A DNA stretch of 33,902 bases from Planctomycetota bacterium (GTDB lineage: Bacteria; Planctomycetota; UBA1135; UBA2386), in the NCBI GenBank assembly GCA_036724695.1, contig DAIMFJ010000001.1, positions 1 to 33,902 on the forward strand, given 5' to 3'. Made by a program: the position numbers and the translations under genes. Positions 17,791-26,413 of this stretch are shown here, piece after piece (position 1 is the stretch's first letter; every line of letters begins with the position of its first letter). The notes below the pieces were generated by a model. The model saw only the letters and a list, made by a program, of their open reading frames with translations, searched no databases and was not told the origin of the DNA.

Positions 17791-18183
17791 ATGCGCCCCT
17801 CCACCACGCTCCGCGCCGCCGCCCTGCTCGCCGGCACCGCCGTCGCGCTCGGCGCGTTCGCCGCGCACGGCATGAAACCCCACTACGAACCCGCCCAACT
17901 GGCGACGTTCGAAACCGGGGTCCGCTACCAGATGTACCACGCGCTGGCGCTGGGCCTGTGCGCGGCACTCGCCGCCGCCGGCTGGCGCACGCGCGGCGCC
18001 GAACTCGCGTTCCTGGCCGGCATCGCGTTGTTCTCGGGCTCGCTGTACGGGCTGGTCTGGCTCGACGCGCGCTGGCTCGGCCCGGTGACCCCGCTCGGCG
18101 GGGTCGCGTTCCTGGTCGGCTGGCTGCTGCTGGCCCTGTCGCGCCGCGATCCGACCTTGGTGGCCGACCGGGCGGCGTCCTAA
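17791..18183 (+). CDS. DUF423 (YgdD/TMEM256-like) small membrane protein
   Basis: ORF 17638-18183, trimmed to ATG 17791. 130 aa with four hydrophobic helices and the family-typical AAHG and YQMYHALAL segments. Confidence 0.75.
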   Translation: MRPSTTLRAAALLAGTAVALGAFAAHGMKPHYEPAQLATFETGVRYQMYHALALGLCAALAAAGWRTRGAELAFLAGIALFSGSLYGLVWLDARWLGPVTPLGGVAFLVGWLLLALSRRDPTLVADRAAS

Positions 18184-18198
18184 ACTCCCGGACGCACC

Positions 18199-18429
18199 AT
18201 GCACATCACGATCGACTACTGCGTCGTTTGAAACTACCGCCCCACGGCAGCCAGTCTGGCCGCCGCGATCACCGCCAAGCACCCGGCGGCCAAGGTCGAA
18301 CTGCGACCCGGCGGCAAGGGCGACTTCGTCGTCAAGGCCGGTGACCGCCTGCTCTGGGACAAGAAGGGCCGCGACGGCGGCGAGTTCCCGGAGCCCGAGC
18401 AGATCCTGAGCCAGCTCGCCAAGGCCTGA
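18199..18429 (+). CDS. selW: SelW/Rdx-family selenoprotein with an in-frame UGA (Sec) at 18229-18231
   Basis: Not in the ORF track. Translation: MHITIDYCVV-U-NYRPTAASLAAAITAKHPAAKVELRPGGKGDFVVKAGDRLLWDKKGRDGGEFPEPEQILSQLAKA, with the stop at 18427-18429. The TGA falls on the second redox position of the Rdx C-x-x-C/U motif. G/C3 bias continues on both sides of the TGA. A SECIS-like hairpin lies downstream. Confidence 0.85.
18245..18265 (+). promoter_or_regulatory. Candidate bacterial SECIS hairpin
   Basis: CGGC-A-GCC-AGUCU-GGC-C-GCCG begins 14 nt after the UGA. The apical CAGUCUG resembles my recollection of the E. coli fdhF SECIS apex (CAGGUCUG). This was folded by eye only. Confidence 0.5.
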
Positions 18430-18431
18430 GC

Positions 18432-19394
18432 GTGCCCCCGCGGGCCCTCATCGTCACGCCGGCAGCGCGCGGCAGCCGCAGCGGCAACCGCACGACGGCT
18501 CTGCGCTGGGCGGCGATGCTGCGCCAATGCGGCCTCGCCGTCGCGGTGCGCGAGCAGTGGCGCGGCGAACCCGTCGACCTGCTGGTCGCAGTGCACGCGG
18601 TCAAATCGCGCGACAGCGTGCTGGCGCACCGCGCCGCGCATCCGCACGGCAAACGCATCGTGCTGCTGGCCGGCACCGACGTCTACCCGACGTTCGCGCC
18701 CGACGCGACGACGCTGGCCGCGCTGGCCGCCGCCGACGCGATCGTCACGCTGCAGCCACTGGCGCAGCAGGTGTTGCCGGCCGACCTGCGCGGCAAGGCC
18801 CGCACGATCGTGCAGTCGGCCACCACGATCGCCAGCGCTGCACGGCCGGCGCACCCCTTCGCGGTGCTGGTGCTGGCGCACCTGCGCGCGATCAAGGACC
18901 CGCTGCTGCCGTTCGCGGCGCTGGCGTTCGTGCCGCGCGACCTCGACGTCACGATCACGCTGGCCGGGCAGGCCCTCGACACGGCACTCGGGCACGCCGC
19001 GACCGCTTGGGCGGCGCGCGACCCGCGCGCCCGGTACGTCGGCGAACTCGACCGGCGCACGGCCCGGCAGCAGATCGCCTGCAGCCACCTGCTGGTCGTG
19101 CCGTCGGCCGCCGAAGGTGGCGCCAACGTCGTCAGCGAAGCGATCGCCGCCGGCACGCCGGTGGCCGCCACCGCGGTGCCGGGCAACCTCGGGCTGCTCG
19201 GCGCCGACTGGCCGGCCTTGTTCCCGGCCAACGACGCCCGCGCCCTCGGCACCCTGCTGGCGACGCTCGCCAGCGCGCCAACGCAGTACGCGGCACTGCT
19301 GCAGCGCACGCTGGCCCTGCAGGACATGGTGGCGCCGGCGACCGAACTCGCCGCGTGGCGGCAGCTGCTGCGCGAGCTGGGTCTGGCGAACTGA
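18432..19394 (+). CDS. GT-B fold glycosyltransferase resembling the SenB (TIGR04348) selenosugar-synthase family
   Basis: 320 aa. The GTG start lies 2 nt after the selenoprotein stop. The N-terminus is IVTPAARGSRSGNRTTALRWAAML. Other blocks are LLAGTDVY and AHLRAIKDP, plus a C-terminal GT4-like block HLLVVPSAAEGGANVVSEAIAAGTPV. The CDS call is strong. The SenB-type assignment is from memory of family motifs, at about 0.5. Confidence 0.8.
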   Translation: MPPRALIVTPAARGSRSGNRTTALRWAAMLRQCGLAVAVREQWRGEPVDLLVAVHAVKSRDSVLAHRAAHPHGKRIVLLAGTDVYPTFAPDATTLAALAAADAIVTLQPLAQQVLPADLRGKARTIVQSATTIASAARPAHPFAVLVLAHLRAIKDPLLPFAALAFVPRDLDVTITLAGQALDTALGHAATAWAARDPRARYVGELDRRTARQQIACSHLLVVPSAAEGGANVVSEAIAAGTPVAATAVPGNLGLLGADWPALFPANDARALGTLLATLASAPTQYAALLQRTLALQDMVAPATELAAWRQLLRELGLAN

Positions 19395-19597
19395 CGCGGC
19401 GGACCATCGGCACAGGCGCTGCCGAGACGATTTTTCGGCCGACCCGACAACTCGCGACACCGCCAGCCAGCGCCACGCGGCGGCGCCAGAACCACAACCT
19501 GTAGTGGTATCCGCCAGATTGCCCCGCTACCGCTCCGTCAACCATGGCAAGCCACCTGCCCCCCGGTGCGCGACTCCAGGCAGTCCCCCTCCATGCC

Positions 19598-19873
19598 ATG
19601 AACATCCCCACCAAACACAGCCCCTCCCAACGCACCGCGATCTGCGACTCCCTGCGCCGCCTGTCCGCGCCGCACGCGCTGCACTTCGGCAACGAACTGC
19701 TGGCCCGCAGCAACGACGGCACGATCGCGTTCGGCACGTTCCTCGACATCGCGCGCGAATGGGTCGCGCACCTGCCCGACGAGACGGCCTTCTACCTGGC
19801 CTCGCTGATCGCGCTCGACATGAGCGACGACCTGACCGAGTTCCGCACCCCGGTCGAGCCGTCGCGGAACTGA
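19598..19873 (+). CDS. Small hypothetical protein (91 aa)
   Basis: ORF 19544-19873; I prefer ATG 19598 (MNIPTKHS). It has strong G/C3 codon bias and no recognised motif. Confidence 0.55.
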   Translation: MNIPTKHSPSQRTAICDSLRRLSAPHALHFGNELLARSNDGTIAFGTFLDIAREWVAHLPDETAFYLASLIALDMSDDLTEFRTPVEPSRN

Positions 19874-19889
19874 GCCCGGCCCCACCGCC

Positions 19890-21368
19890 CTACACGATCA
19901 ACTCGTGGATCGGCTCGGCCCCTTCGGTGCCCACCAACCGCTGGTCCAGACCGGCATAGAAGTACGCCAACCGGTTGGGATCCAGGCCGAGCTGCTGCAG
20001 GATCGTCGCGTGCAGGTGTTTGACGTGGAACGGCTGGTCGACGGCGGCATAGCCGAGCTCGTCGGTGCTGCCGACCGACACGCCGCCCTTGATGCCGCCG
20101 CCGGCGAGCCACATCGTGAACCCGGCCGAATCGTGGTCGCGGCCGGTGCCTTCGGCGTATTCGGCGGTCGGCTGCCGGCCGAACTCGCCGCCCCAGACGA
20201 CGATCGTCGAATCGAGCAGGCCGCGTTGTTTGAGGTCGGTCAGCAGGGCGGCGATCGGCTTGTCGGTGTCGCCGGCGTGCTTCTCGTGATTGCCGATCAG
20301 GTCGCCGTGCGCGTCCCAGTTGTGGTCGTTGTGATTGCCGCCACTGTAGATCTGCACGAACCGCACGCCGCGCTCGACCAGCCGCCGCGCCAGCAGGCAC
20401 TTCTTGCCGAAGTCGGCGGTGCGCGGGTCGTCGAGGCCGTACAGCGTGCGCGTCGCTTCGTTCTCGCTGGCGATGTCGATCGCCTCGGGCGCGTGGCTCT
20501 GCATGCGGTAGGCGAGCTCGTAGCTGGCGATGCGCGCGGCGAGGTTGCTGTCGTCGGCGCGCCCGCGCAGGTGGCTGTGGTTCTGTTCGGCGAGCACGTC
20601 GAGCAACAGCCGCTGTTCGCTGTCGCTCATGCCGTCCGGGCGCGCCAGGTCGAGGATCGGCTCACCCTGCGAACGCAGCACCGTGCCCTGGTAGACCGCG
20701 GGCATGTAGCCGCTGTTCCAGTTCTTGGCGCCCGAGATCGGCCCGCCACTCTGGTCGAGCATCACGACGAAACCCGGCAGGTTCTCGTTCTCGCTGCCGA
20801 GGCCGTAGGTGACCCACGAACCCATGCACGGCGCCCCCGACAGGATGCGGCCGCTGTTCATCATCAGCATCGCCGAGCCGTGCAACGGCGAGTCGGCGTA
20901 CATGCTGTGCACGAACGCCATGTCGTCGACGCAGTGGGCGAGGTGCGGGAACAGCTCGCTGACGTGTTTGCCGCACTGCCCGTATTGCTTGAACTTCCAC
21001 TTCGGACCGACCACCCGCCCCTGGTTCTTGCTGCCGCCGCGGCCCTTGGTCTGGATGTCGATGGTCTTGCCGTCGAGCCCGTACAGCTTGGGTTTGTAGT
21101 CGAACGTGTCGACCTGGCTCGGCCCGCCGTACATGAACAGGAAGATCACCGCCTTGGCCTTGGCCGGGAAGTGCGGGGCCTTCGGCGCCAGTGGATTGTC
21201 GCCGCCATTGGGCAAGGCCGCGGACGGCGCCACGGACGGCGCCGCCGACAACACCCCGTCGCGCGACAACAGGTCGACCAGCGGCAGCGCCGTGAACGCG
21301 CCGCCAGCCTGCCACAGGAATTCGCGGCGCGTGCGGCCGCAGAAGGAATGCAGGTTGCGCAGTGACAT
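19890..21368 (-). CDS. DUF1501 protein (sulfatase/alkaline-phosphatase fold) with a twin-arginine signal
   Basis: This is the C-terminal 492 aa of ORF 19890-24041, starting at ATG 21368 (MSLRNLHSFCGRTRREFLWQAGGAFTALPL, a Tat motif). Family blocks are FLFMYGGPSQVDTFDYKP, GRDHDSAGFTMWLAGGGIKGG and HATILQQLGLD. Confidence 0.9.
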   Translation of the reverse strand: MSLRNLHSFCGRTRREFLWQAGGAFTALPLVDLLSRDGVLSAAPSVAPSAALPNGGDNPLAPKAPHFPAKAKAVIFLFMYGGPSQVDTFDYKPKLYGLDGKTIDIQTKGRGGSKNQGRVVGPKWKFKQYGQCGKHVSELFPHLAHCVDDMAFVHSMYADSPLHGSAMLMMNSGRILSGAPCMGSWVTYGLGSENENLPGFVVMLDQSGGPISGAKNWNSGYMPAVYQGTVLRSQGEPILDLARPDGMSDSEQRLLLDVLAEQNHSHLRGRADDSNLAARIASYELAYRMQSHAPEAIDIASENEATRTLYGLDDPRTADFGKKCLLARRLVERGVRFVQIYSGGNHNDHNWDAHGDLIGNHEKHAGDTDKPIAALLTDLKQRGLLDSTIVVWGGEFGRQPTAEYAEGTGRDHDSAGFTMWLAGGGIKGGVSVGSTDELGYAAVDQPFHVKHLHATILQQLGLDPNRLAYFYAGLDQRLVGTEGAEPIHELIV

Positions 21369-21385
21369 GGCAGGCCTCGTCGTCG

Positions 21386-24109
21386 TCAGTCCACGTAGAG
21401 GAATTCGTTGCTGTTGAGCAGCACCAGGCAGATGCGTTGCAATGCCTGGGCCGGGGATCGACCGTGTTCGGTGCACAGCCGCGTGTGCAGTGCGACGAGC
21501 CGCGCGACGTCGTCGGCGCGGGCCGGGCGCTGCGTCACCAACGCCAGCCCGAACTCGATCTGGGCCTTGGTCTCCTGGTGCGCGGCGGCGAGGCGCTGGG
21601 CCATGCGTTCGGCCTCCTGGTGGGCGAACTCGCCGTTCCACAGCGTCAGGGCCTGGGTCGGCTGCACGGTCGCGAAGCGCACCGGACAGCTGTTGTCGGT
21701 GTCGGCCTGGTCGAACCCGGCCAGCAGCGGCATCTGCAGCGAACGTTTGTTGTGCACGTACAGCGTGCGGCGCACTTCGTCGGCCGGCTTGGACTTGCCC
21801 CAGGCGTCCTCGGGCCGCGACGCGGTGGCCAGCACCGCCGCCGGCATCGGCGGGAACACCGTCGGCCCGCCGAGCTGCAGGTTGAGCGCCCCGGACACGG
21901 CGAGGATCGAGTCGCGGACCTCTTCGGCGGTCAGGCGCCGCCGGTCGAAACGCCAGAAGCGGTCGTTGGTCGGGTCGAGGTCCGACGCCGCCTGGTTGGG
22001 CGACGAGTCCATGCGGTAGGTGCGCGAGGTGACGATCAGCCGGTGCATCGCCTTCCAGCTGCCGCCGCGTTCGAGCAGTTCGGCAGCCAGCCAGTCGAGC
22101 AGGGCTGGATCGGTCGGCAGGTCGCCGAGGCGGCCGAACTCGCTGGTCGAACGCACGAGGCCGCGGCCGAAATGGTGCTGCCAGATGCGGTTGGCGGCGA
22201 CCCGCCAGGTCAGTGGATGGTCGGGGCGCACGATCCACTCGGCGAGCGCCGTGCGCCGCCCCGAACTGGTCCGCGTCGGCGTCGCCGTGACCGGCGCCTG
22301 GCCGATCGCGCCGAGCATGCTGGGGAAGCCCGGCTCGACCTGTTCGCCCTTGCTGTGCACGTTGCCGCGCAAGCGCAGGTAGCTGGCCGGCGGGTTCGGG
22401 CCGCTCTCCTGCACGGCGAGCACCTCGACGGTCTTCTGGCTCGGCCGCCGCAGCGCCGCGAGGTCGGCGAACGCGCCGCCGGCCGGCAGCACGTCGGGAC
22501 CGCCGACCTCGGCCAGCACGCGCGGCGCGGCGAGGCCACCCGGCAACTGCAACGCCAAGGCGGCGACCTCGGCGGCGTCGAGCGCGCGATCGTAGAACTG
22601 CAGTTCGTCGAGGTCGCCGCGGAAGCCGCGCCCGCCGGGCTGCAGCCGCCCGACCAGCAGCTTCGGCGGCGCGCTGAGCGGTGCCTTGGTGGCGATCGCG
22701 TCGCCCGCCAGCACGCCGTCGACGTACAGCGCGATCCGACCGCTCGCCATGTCGCGCGTGAACGCGACGTGGTGCCAGACGCCGTCGTGGTAGCCCGGTG
22801 CGGAGGTCAGGAACCTCTCGGGATTGCCGACGCCGGCGACGACGTGGCCGTCGCTGTGCCAGGCGATGCCCCAGTCGTGCACGATGCCGGGCACCTCGCC
22901 GTCGACGAGGCCGGTGCCGGTGAACCAGCGCCGGTCGACCGGCAGGCCGTCGCCGCGGTGCGTCGTGCGCACGAAGAACGACACCGAGAACGACTCCTCG
23001 ACCAGCCGCGGCAACACCACCGCGTCGTCGCCGTCGAAGCGCATGCCGCTGCCGACCACGCCGTCGCAGGGCACCACCTGGCCGTGGATCTGCCCGGCCG
23101 GGCCGCCGCGCGCGTCGCGCAGTTCGCTCGGGTGCGACGGGTCGCCGGTGAACGCCGCGCGCAGCGGTTGTTCGTGCTGCGCCTGCCACGCCGCGCGCGC
23201 CGGTTCGCCGAGCTGCTGCCAGGCGTGGTCCGCGGCACCGCGCAGCTTCGCGACCAGTTCGCCGCGCCGCGCCTCGAAGGCGGCCAACGCCGCTTCGTGG
23301 GCGCCGACCGCGCCGTCGGCCGGCACCGGGCGCGCGTTGAGGTCGTACGGCTTGAGGTTCTCGAAGAACGCCAGGAAGCCGTGGTACTCGCGCTGCGACA
23401 GCGGGTCCTTCTTGTGGTCGTGGCAGCGCGCACAGCCCATCGAGATGCCGAGCATCGTGCGCGCCGTCGTGTCGGCGATGCCGTCGAGGTCGTCGTAGCG
23501 GTGCTGTTCTGGATCGGTCGGCTCGTCGTCCCAGATGCCGAGCCGGTAGTACGCGGTGGCGACCAGGTCGCCGACGGTCGCGTCGGGGCGTTCGTCGCCG
23601 GCGAGCTGCCGGCGCACGAACTCGGCGTACGGCAGGTCCTGGTTGAACGCGTCGACGACCCAGTCGCGGTAGCGCCACACGAACGGCTTCTTGCGGTCGC
23701 GTTCGTAGCCGTCGGTGTCGGCGTAGCGCACGAGGTCGAGCCAATGGCGCGCCCACTTCTCGCCGTAGTGCGGCGAGGCGAGCAGGCGGTCGACGACCTT
23801 GGTCCAGGCGTCGGGCGAGGCGTCGGCGACGAACGCGTCGATCTCGGCGGCGGTCGGCGGCAGGCCGGTCAGGTCGTAGGTGAGGCGGCGCAGCAGCGTG
23901 TGGCGGTCGGCCTCGGCGGCCGGTCGCAGGCCGTGGGCCTCGAGGCCGGCCAGCACGAACGCGTCGATCGGGTTGGCCGGCCAGTCGGCGGCCGCGACCG
24001 GCGGCACGGCCGGCCGCTGCAGCGGCTGGTAGGCCCACCACGAATCGGCCGCCTGCGCGGCGAGCGGCGCCACGGCGACGAAGAACGGGACCAGCCAGTG
24101 CGCAACCAT
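21386..24109 (-). CDS. DUF1549 (PSCyt2) - LamG - DUF1553 (PSD1) protein
   Basis: ORF 21386-24157, trimmed to ATG 24109 (MVAHWLVPFFVAVAPLAAQA). DUF1549 block: NPIDAFVLAGLEAHGLRPA...LTYDLTGLPPT...SPHYGEKWARHWLDLVRYADTDGYE. The central LamG-like segment ends in FRGDLDELQFYDRAL. DUF1553 block: RRTLYVHNKRSLQMPLL..FD..D...SC..R..T.QAL.L.N. Confidence 0.9.
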   Translation of the reverse strand: MVAHWLVPFFVAVAPLAAQAADSWWAYQPLQRPAVPPVAAADWPANPIDAFVLAGLEAHGLRPAAEADRHTLLRRLTYDLTGLPPTAAEIDAFVADASPDAWTKVVDRLLASPHYGEKWARHWLDLVRYADTDGYERDRKKPFVWRYRDWVVDAFNQDLPYAEFVRRQLAGDERPDATVGDLVATAYYRLGIWDDEPTDPEQHRYDDLDGIADTTARTMLGISMGCARCHDHKKDPLSQREYHGFLAFFENLKPYDLNARPVPADGAVGAHEAALAAFEARRGELVAKLRGAADHAWQQLGEPARAAWQAQHEQPLRAAFTGDPSHPSELRDARGGPAGQIHGQVVPCDGVVGSGMRFDGDDAVVLPRLVEESFSVSFFVRTTHRGDGLPVDRRWFTGTGLVDGEVPGIVHDWGIAWHSDGHVVAGVGNPERFLTSAPGYHDGVWHHVAFTRDMASGRIALYVDGVLAGDAIATKAPLSAPPKLLVGRLQPGGRGFRGDLDELQFYDRALDAAEVAALALQLPGGLAAPRVLAEVGGPDVLPAGGAFADLAALRRPSQKTVEVLAVQESGPNPPASYLRLRGNVHSKGEQVEPGFPSMLGAIGQAPVTATPTRTSSGRRTALAEWIVRPDHPLTWRVAANRIWQHHFGRGLVRSTSEFGRLGDLPTDPALLDWLAAELLERGGSWKAMHRLIVTSRTYRMDSSPNQAASDLDPTNDRFWRFDRRRLTAEEVRDSILAVSGALNLQLGGPTVFPPMPAAVLATASRPEDAWGKSKPADEVRRTLYVHNKRSLQMPLLAGFDQADTDNSCPVRFATVQPTQALTLWNGEFAHQEAERMAQRLAAAHQETKAQIEFGLALVTQRPARADDVARLVALHTRLCTEHGRSPAQALQRICLVLLNSNEFLYVD

Positions 24110-24202
24110 GGGGAGAACCCCGAGATTGCAGCCCAGAACCCAGGGCAGCGCAAGCACCCCGGCGGGCGTTGCGCCGGATGCAAATTCCTTACGTCCGGCG
24201 GA

Positions 24203-26413
24203 TCAGCGCTCGGCAGGGGCCGGCGCGGCCGGTGGCGCCGTCAACAGGCGCTGCAGGGCGACCACGCGCGGGTTGCGCGGGTCGACGCCGAGTTCGAGGG
24301 CCTGCTGCAGCGAGACGTTCGCGGCGTCGGTCTGACCGGTCGCCCACTGCGCGTAGGCGAGGTTGGCGTGCAGTTCGGGCGGCACGCCGTCGCCGGCCAG
24401 CGGGGCCAGCAGGTCGCGCGCCTCGGCGGTGCGGTCGAGCGACAGCAGCGCCGCCGCGAGGTTCAGCGCGGTGGTCGGCGACTTCGCCAGTTCGTGGGCG
24501 CGGGCGAAGTAGCGGCGGGCCGAGTTCGGGGCCCCGTCGGCGAGCTCGAGCACGCCGCGCGCGGTCAGCGCGATCGCGTCGTCGCCGCGCAGCGCCAACG
24601 CCCGATCCAGGTGCGTGCGGGCCGCCGGCACGTGGCCGACACGTTGCTGCAACACCCCGGCGGCGACCAGACCGGTCAGGTTGGACGGCTCGAGGGCCAG
24701 CGCGCGTTCGATCGCGGTGACGGCCGCCGCGACGTTGCCGGCGTCGAGTTCGCCCTGGGCGAGGTGCAGCCAGTGCGCGGCCAGACCGCGGCGCGTGACC
24801 GTCAAGCCGGCATCGGCGGGCAGCAGCGCCGGCGGCCGCTCGGCGGTGCGGGCCGACGGGGCGGGCGCGGATTCGGCCGCTCCCTGCAGCTCGCCGCCCG
24901 ACCAGTCCTCGCCGCGCAGGTTCTCGATGCCGAGCGGGCTCCACTGGAACCCGCGGCGCAGGTCGGCGAGGCGGTGGGCGCCGCGGCGCACGCCTTCGGC
25001 GATCCACGCGTCGTCGAGCACGCGCGGCACCAGCACGATCATCAGTTCGACCTCCTGGCGGCCCTGCACGGTGCTCGAGAAGAGCTGCCCGAGGTACGGG
25101 ATGTTCATCAGGAACGGCACGCCCTGACGCGTCTCGTCCTTGCGCGTGCTGCGCAGACCGCCGAGCGCGATCGCCTGACCGTTGGCGACGCGCACCAGGG
25201 TGGTCGCCTGCCGCTCGCTGATCACCGGCACCGTGATCAAGCCGTCGGGAGTCACCACCGTGCCGGTCTGTTCGCGCACCTGCGGGGTCACGGCGACGGT
25301 CAGGAGACCGTCCTCGCCGATCATCGGGCGCACGTTGAGGGTCACGCCGGCTTCGACGAACTCGACGCCGTACTCGGTGCGCGCCACGCCCTGGTCGTCG
25401 ATCACCTCGCGGGTGATGTACGGCACCTGGTCGGTGATCGCGATCGAGGCGACCTGGTTGTTCATCGTCGACACGCGCGGGCTGCTGAGCACACGCACCT
25501 GGCCTTGCCGTTCGAGGGCGTCGACGAACACCGAGAAGTCGTTGGAGTCGAGCACGCCGAAGGTCAGCGCGGTGCCGCCGGAGGCCGCCACCTGCCGCAC
25601 GATCGCGCCACCACCGGCGAGGCCGGCCTGCGACGTGTTGGCGCCACCGGGCAGCAGGGCCCAGTTGACGCCGAGGCTGTGCGCGTCGTCGAGGCGCACC
25701 TCGAGCAGACGGGCCTCGATCGACACCTGGCGGTTGGCGCGGCCGACCGTCGTCGAGACGATCTCGCGCAGGCGCGCGATCGCGCTCGGCCGGGCGTCGA
25801 CGTGGATCGTCGAGGCGGCGCGGTTGACGACGATCGTGCCGTCCTCGCCGAGCAGGTTCGGCAGGCTGTTCTCGAGCACCGCCCAGAAGCTGTCGGTCTC
25901 GGCGCCGGAGCCGCTGTCGCCGCTCGAACCGCTGCTACCCGAGTCCCCGCTGCCGGTGTTGCTGCTGGCGGCGTCCATCAGGTCGACGTGGACCGTCTCG
26001 CGGACGCGTTCGACGATGCGCAGGTAGTTGCCGTCCCACTCGTAGCCGAGGTCGAGCGAACGCAGCACCGCCGCGAACGTCTCCTCGACGGTCGACCGCT
26101 TGATGTCGAACGTGCACTCGCGCGCCTGCACCGCCGCGTCGACCAGCAGGTTGATGTCGGAATCGCGGAACAGCGTCAGCAGGACGTCGCCGATCGGCGT
26201 GTTGCGGGCCTGCAGCGCTTCGACCGCGCGCTGGCCGGCTACCGGTGCGCCGAGATCGGGCATCGGCACGACCAGCATCGGCTCGAAGCTGGGTTCGCCC
26301 ATCGCCGAGTCCTGGTCGCGGACGGGCGGGGCGGCGCCGGAACCGGTCGCACAGGCGCCGGCGAGGATCGCGGCGGCACAGGCCGCCAACTGGGTGGGCT
26401 TGCGGGGCATCAT
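24203..26413 (-). CDS. Secretin (GspD/PilQ/MshL-type) lipoprotein with a C-terminal TPR extension
   Basis: ORF 24203-26986, trimmed to the ATGATG at 26413 (MMPRKPTQLAACAAAILAGAC, lipobox). Secretin core: RQVSIEARLLEVRLDD...VLSSPRVSTMNNQ...GVPFLMNIPYLGQLF...ELMIVLVPRVL. This is followed by a 268-aa tail with four to five TPR-like repeats. Confidence 0.9.
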   Translation of the reverse strand: MMPRKPTQLAACAAAILAGACATGSGAAPPVRDQDSAMGEPSFEPMLVVPMPDLGAPVAGQRAVEALQARNTPIGDVLLTLFRDSDINLLVDAAVQARECTFDIKRSTVEETFAAVLRSLDLGYEWDGNYLRIVERVRETVHVDLMDAASSNTGSGDSGSSGSSGDSGSGAETDSFWAVLENSLPNLLGEDGTIVVNRAASTIHVDARPSAIARLREIVSTTVGRANRQVSIEARLLEVRLDDAHSLGVNWALLPGGANTSQAGLAGGGAIVRQVAASGGTALTFGVLDSNDFSVFVDALERQGQVRVLSSPRVSTMNNQVASIAITDQVPYITREVIDDQGVARTEYGVEFVEAGVTLNVRPMIGEDGLLTVAVTPQVREQTGTVVTPDGLITVPVISERQATTLVRVANGQAIALGGLRSTRKDETRQGVPFLMNIPYLGQLFSSTVQGRQEVELMIVLVPRVLDDAWIAEGVRRGAHRLADLRRGFQWSPLGIENLRGEDWSGGELQGAAESAPAPSARTAERPPALLPADAGLTVTRRGLAAHWLHLAQGELDAGNVAAAVTAIERALALEPSNLTGLVAAGVLQQRVGHVPAARTHLDRALALRGDDAIALTARGVLELADGAPNSARRYFARAHELAKSPTTALNLAAALLSLDRTAEARDLLAPLAGDGVPPELHANLAYAQWATGQTDAANVSLQQALELGVDPRNPRVVALQRLLTAPPAAPAPAER

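Noticed and set aside
19395-19597. 203-nt intergenic region after the glycosyltransferase, checked for a terminator, small RNA or tRNA-Sec
   Set aside because: Only weak 5-bp hairpins are present (GCCGA-N9-TCGGC and ACCAC-N8-GTGGT). One has its T-run inside the loop. There is no tRNA-like fold and nothing supportable.
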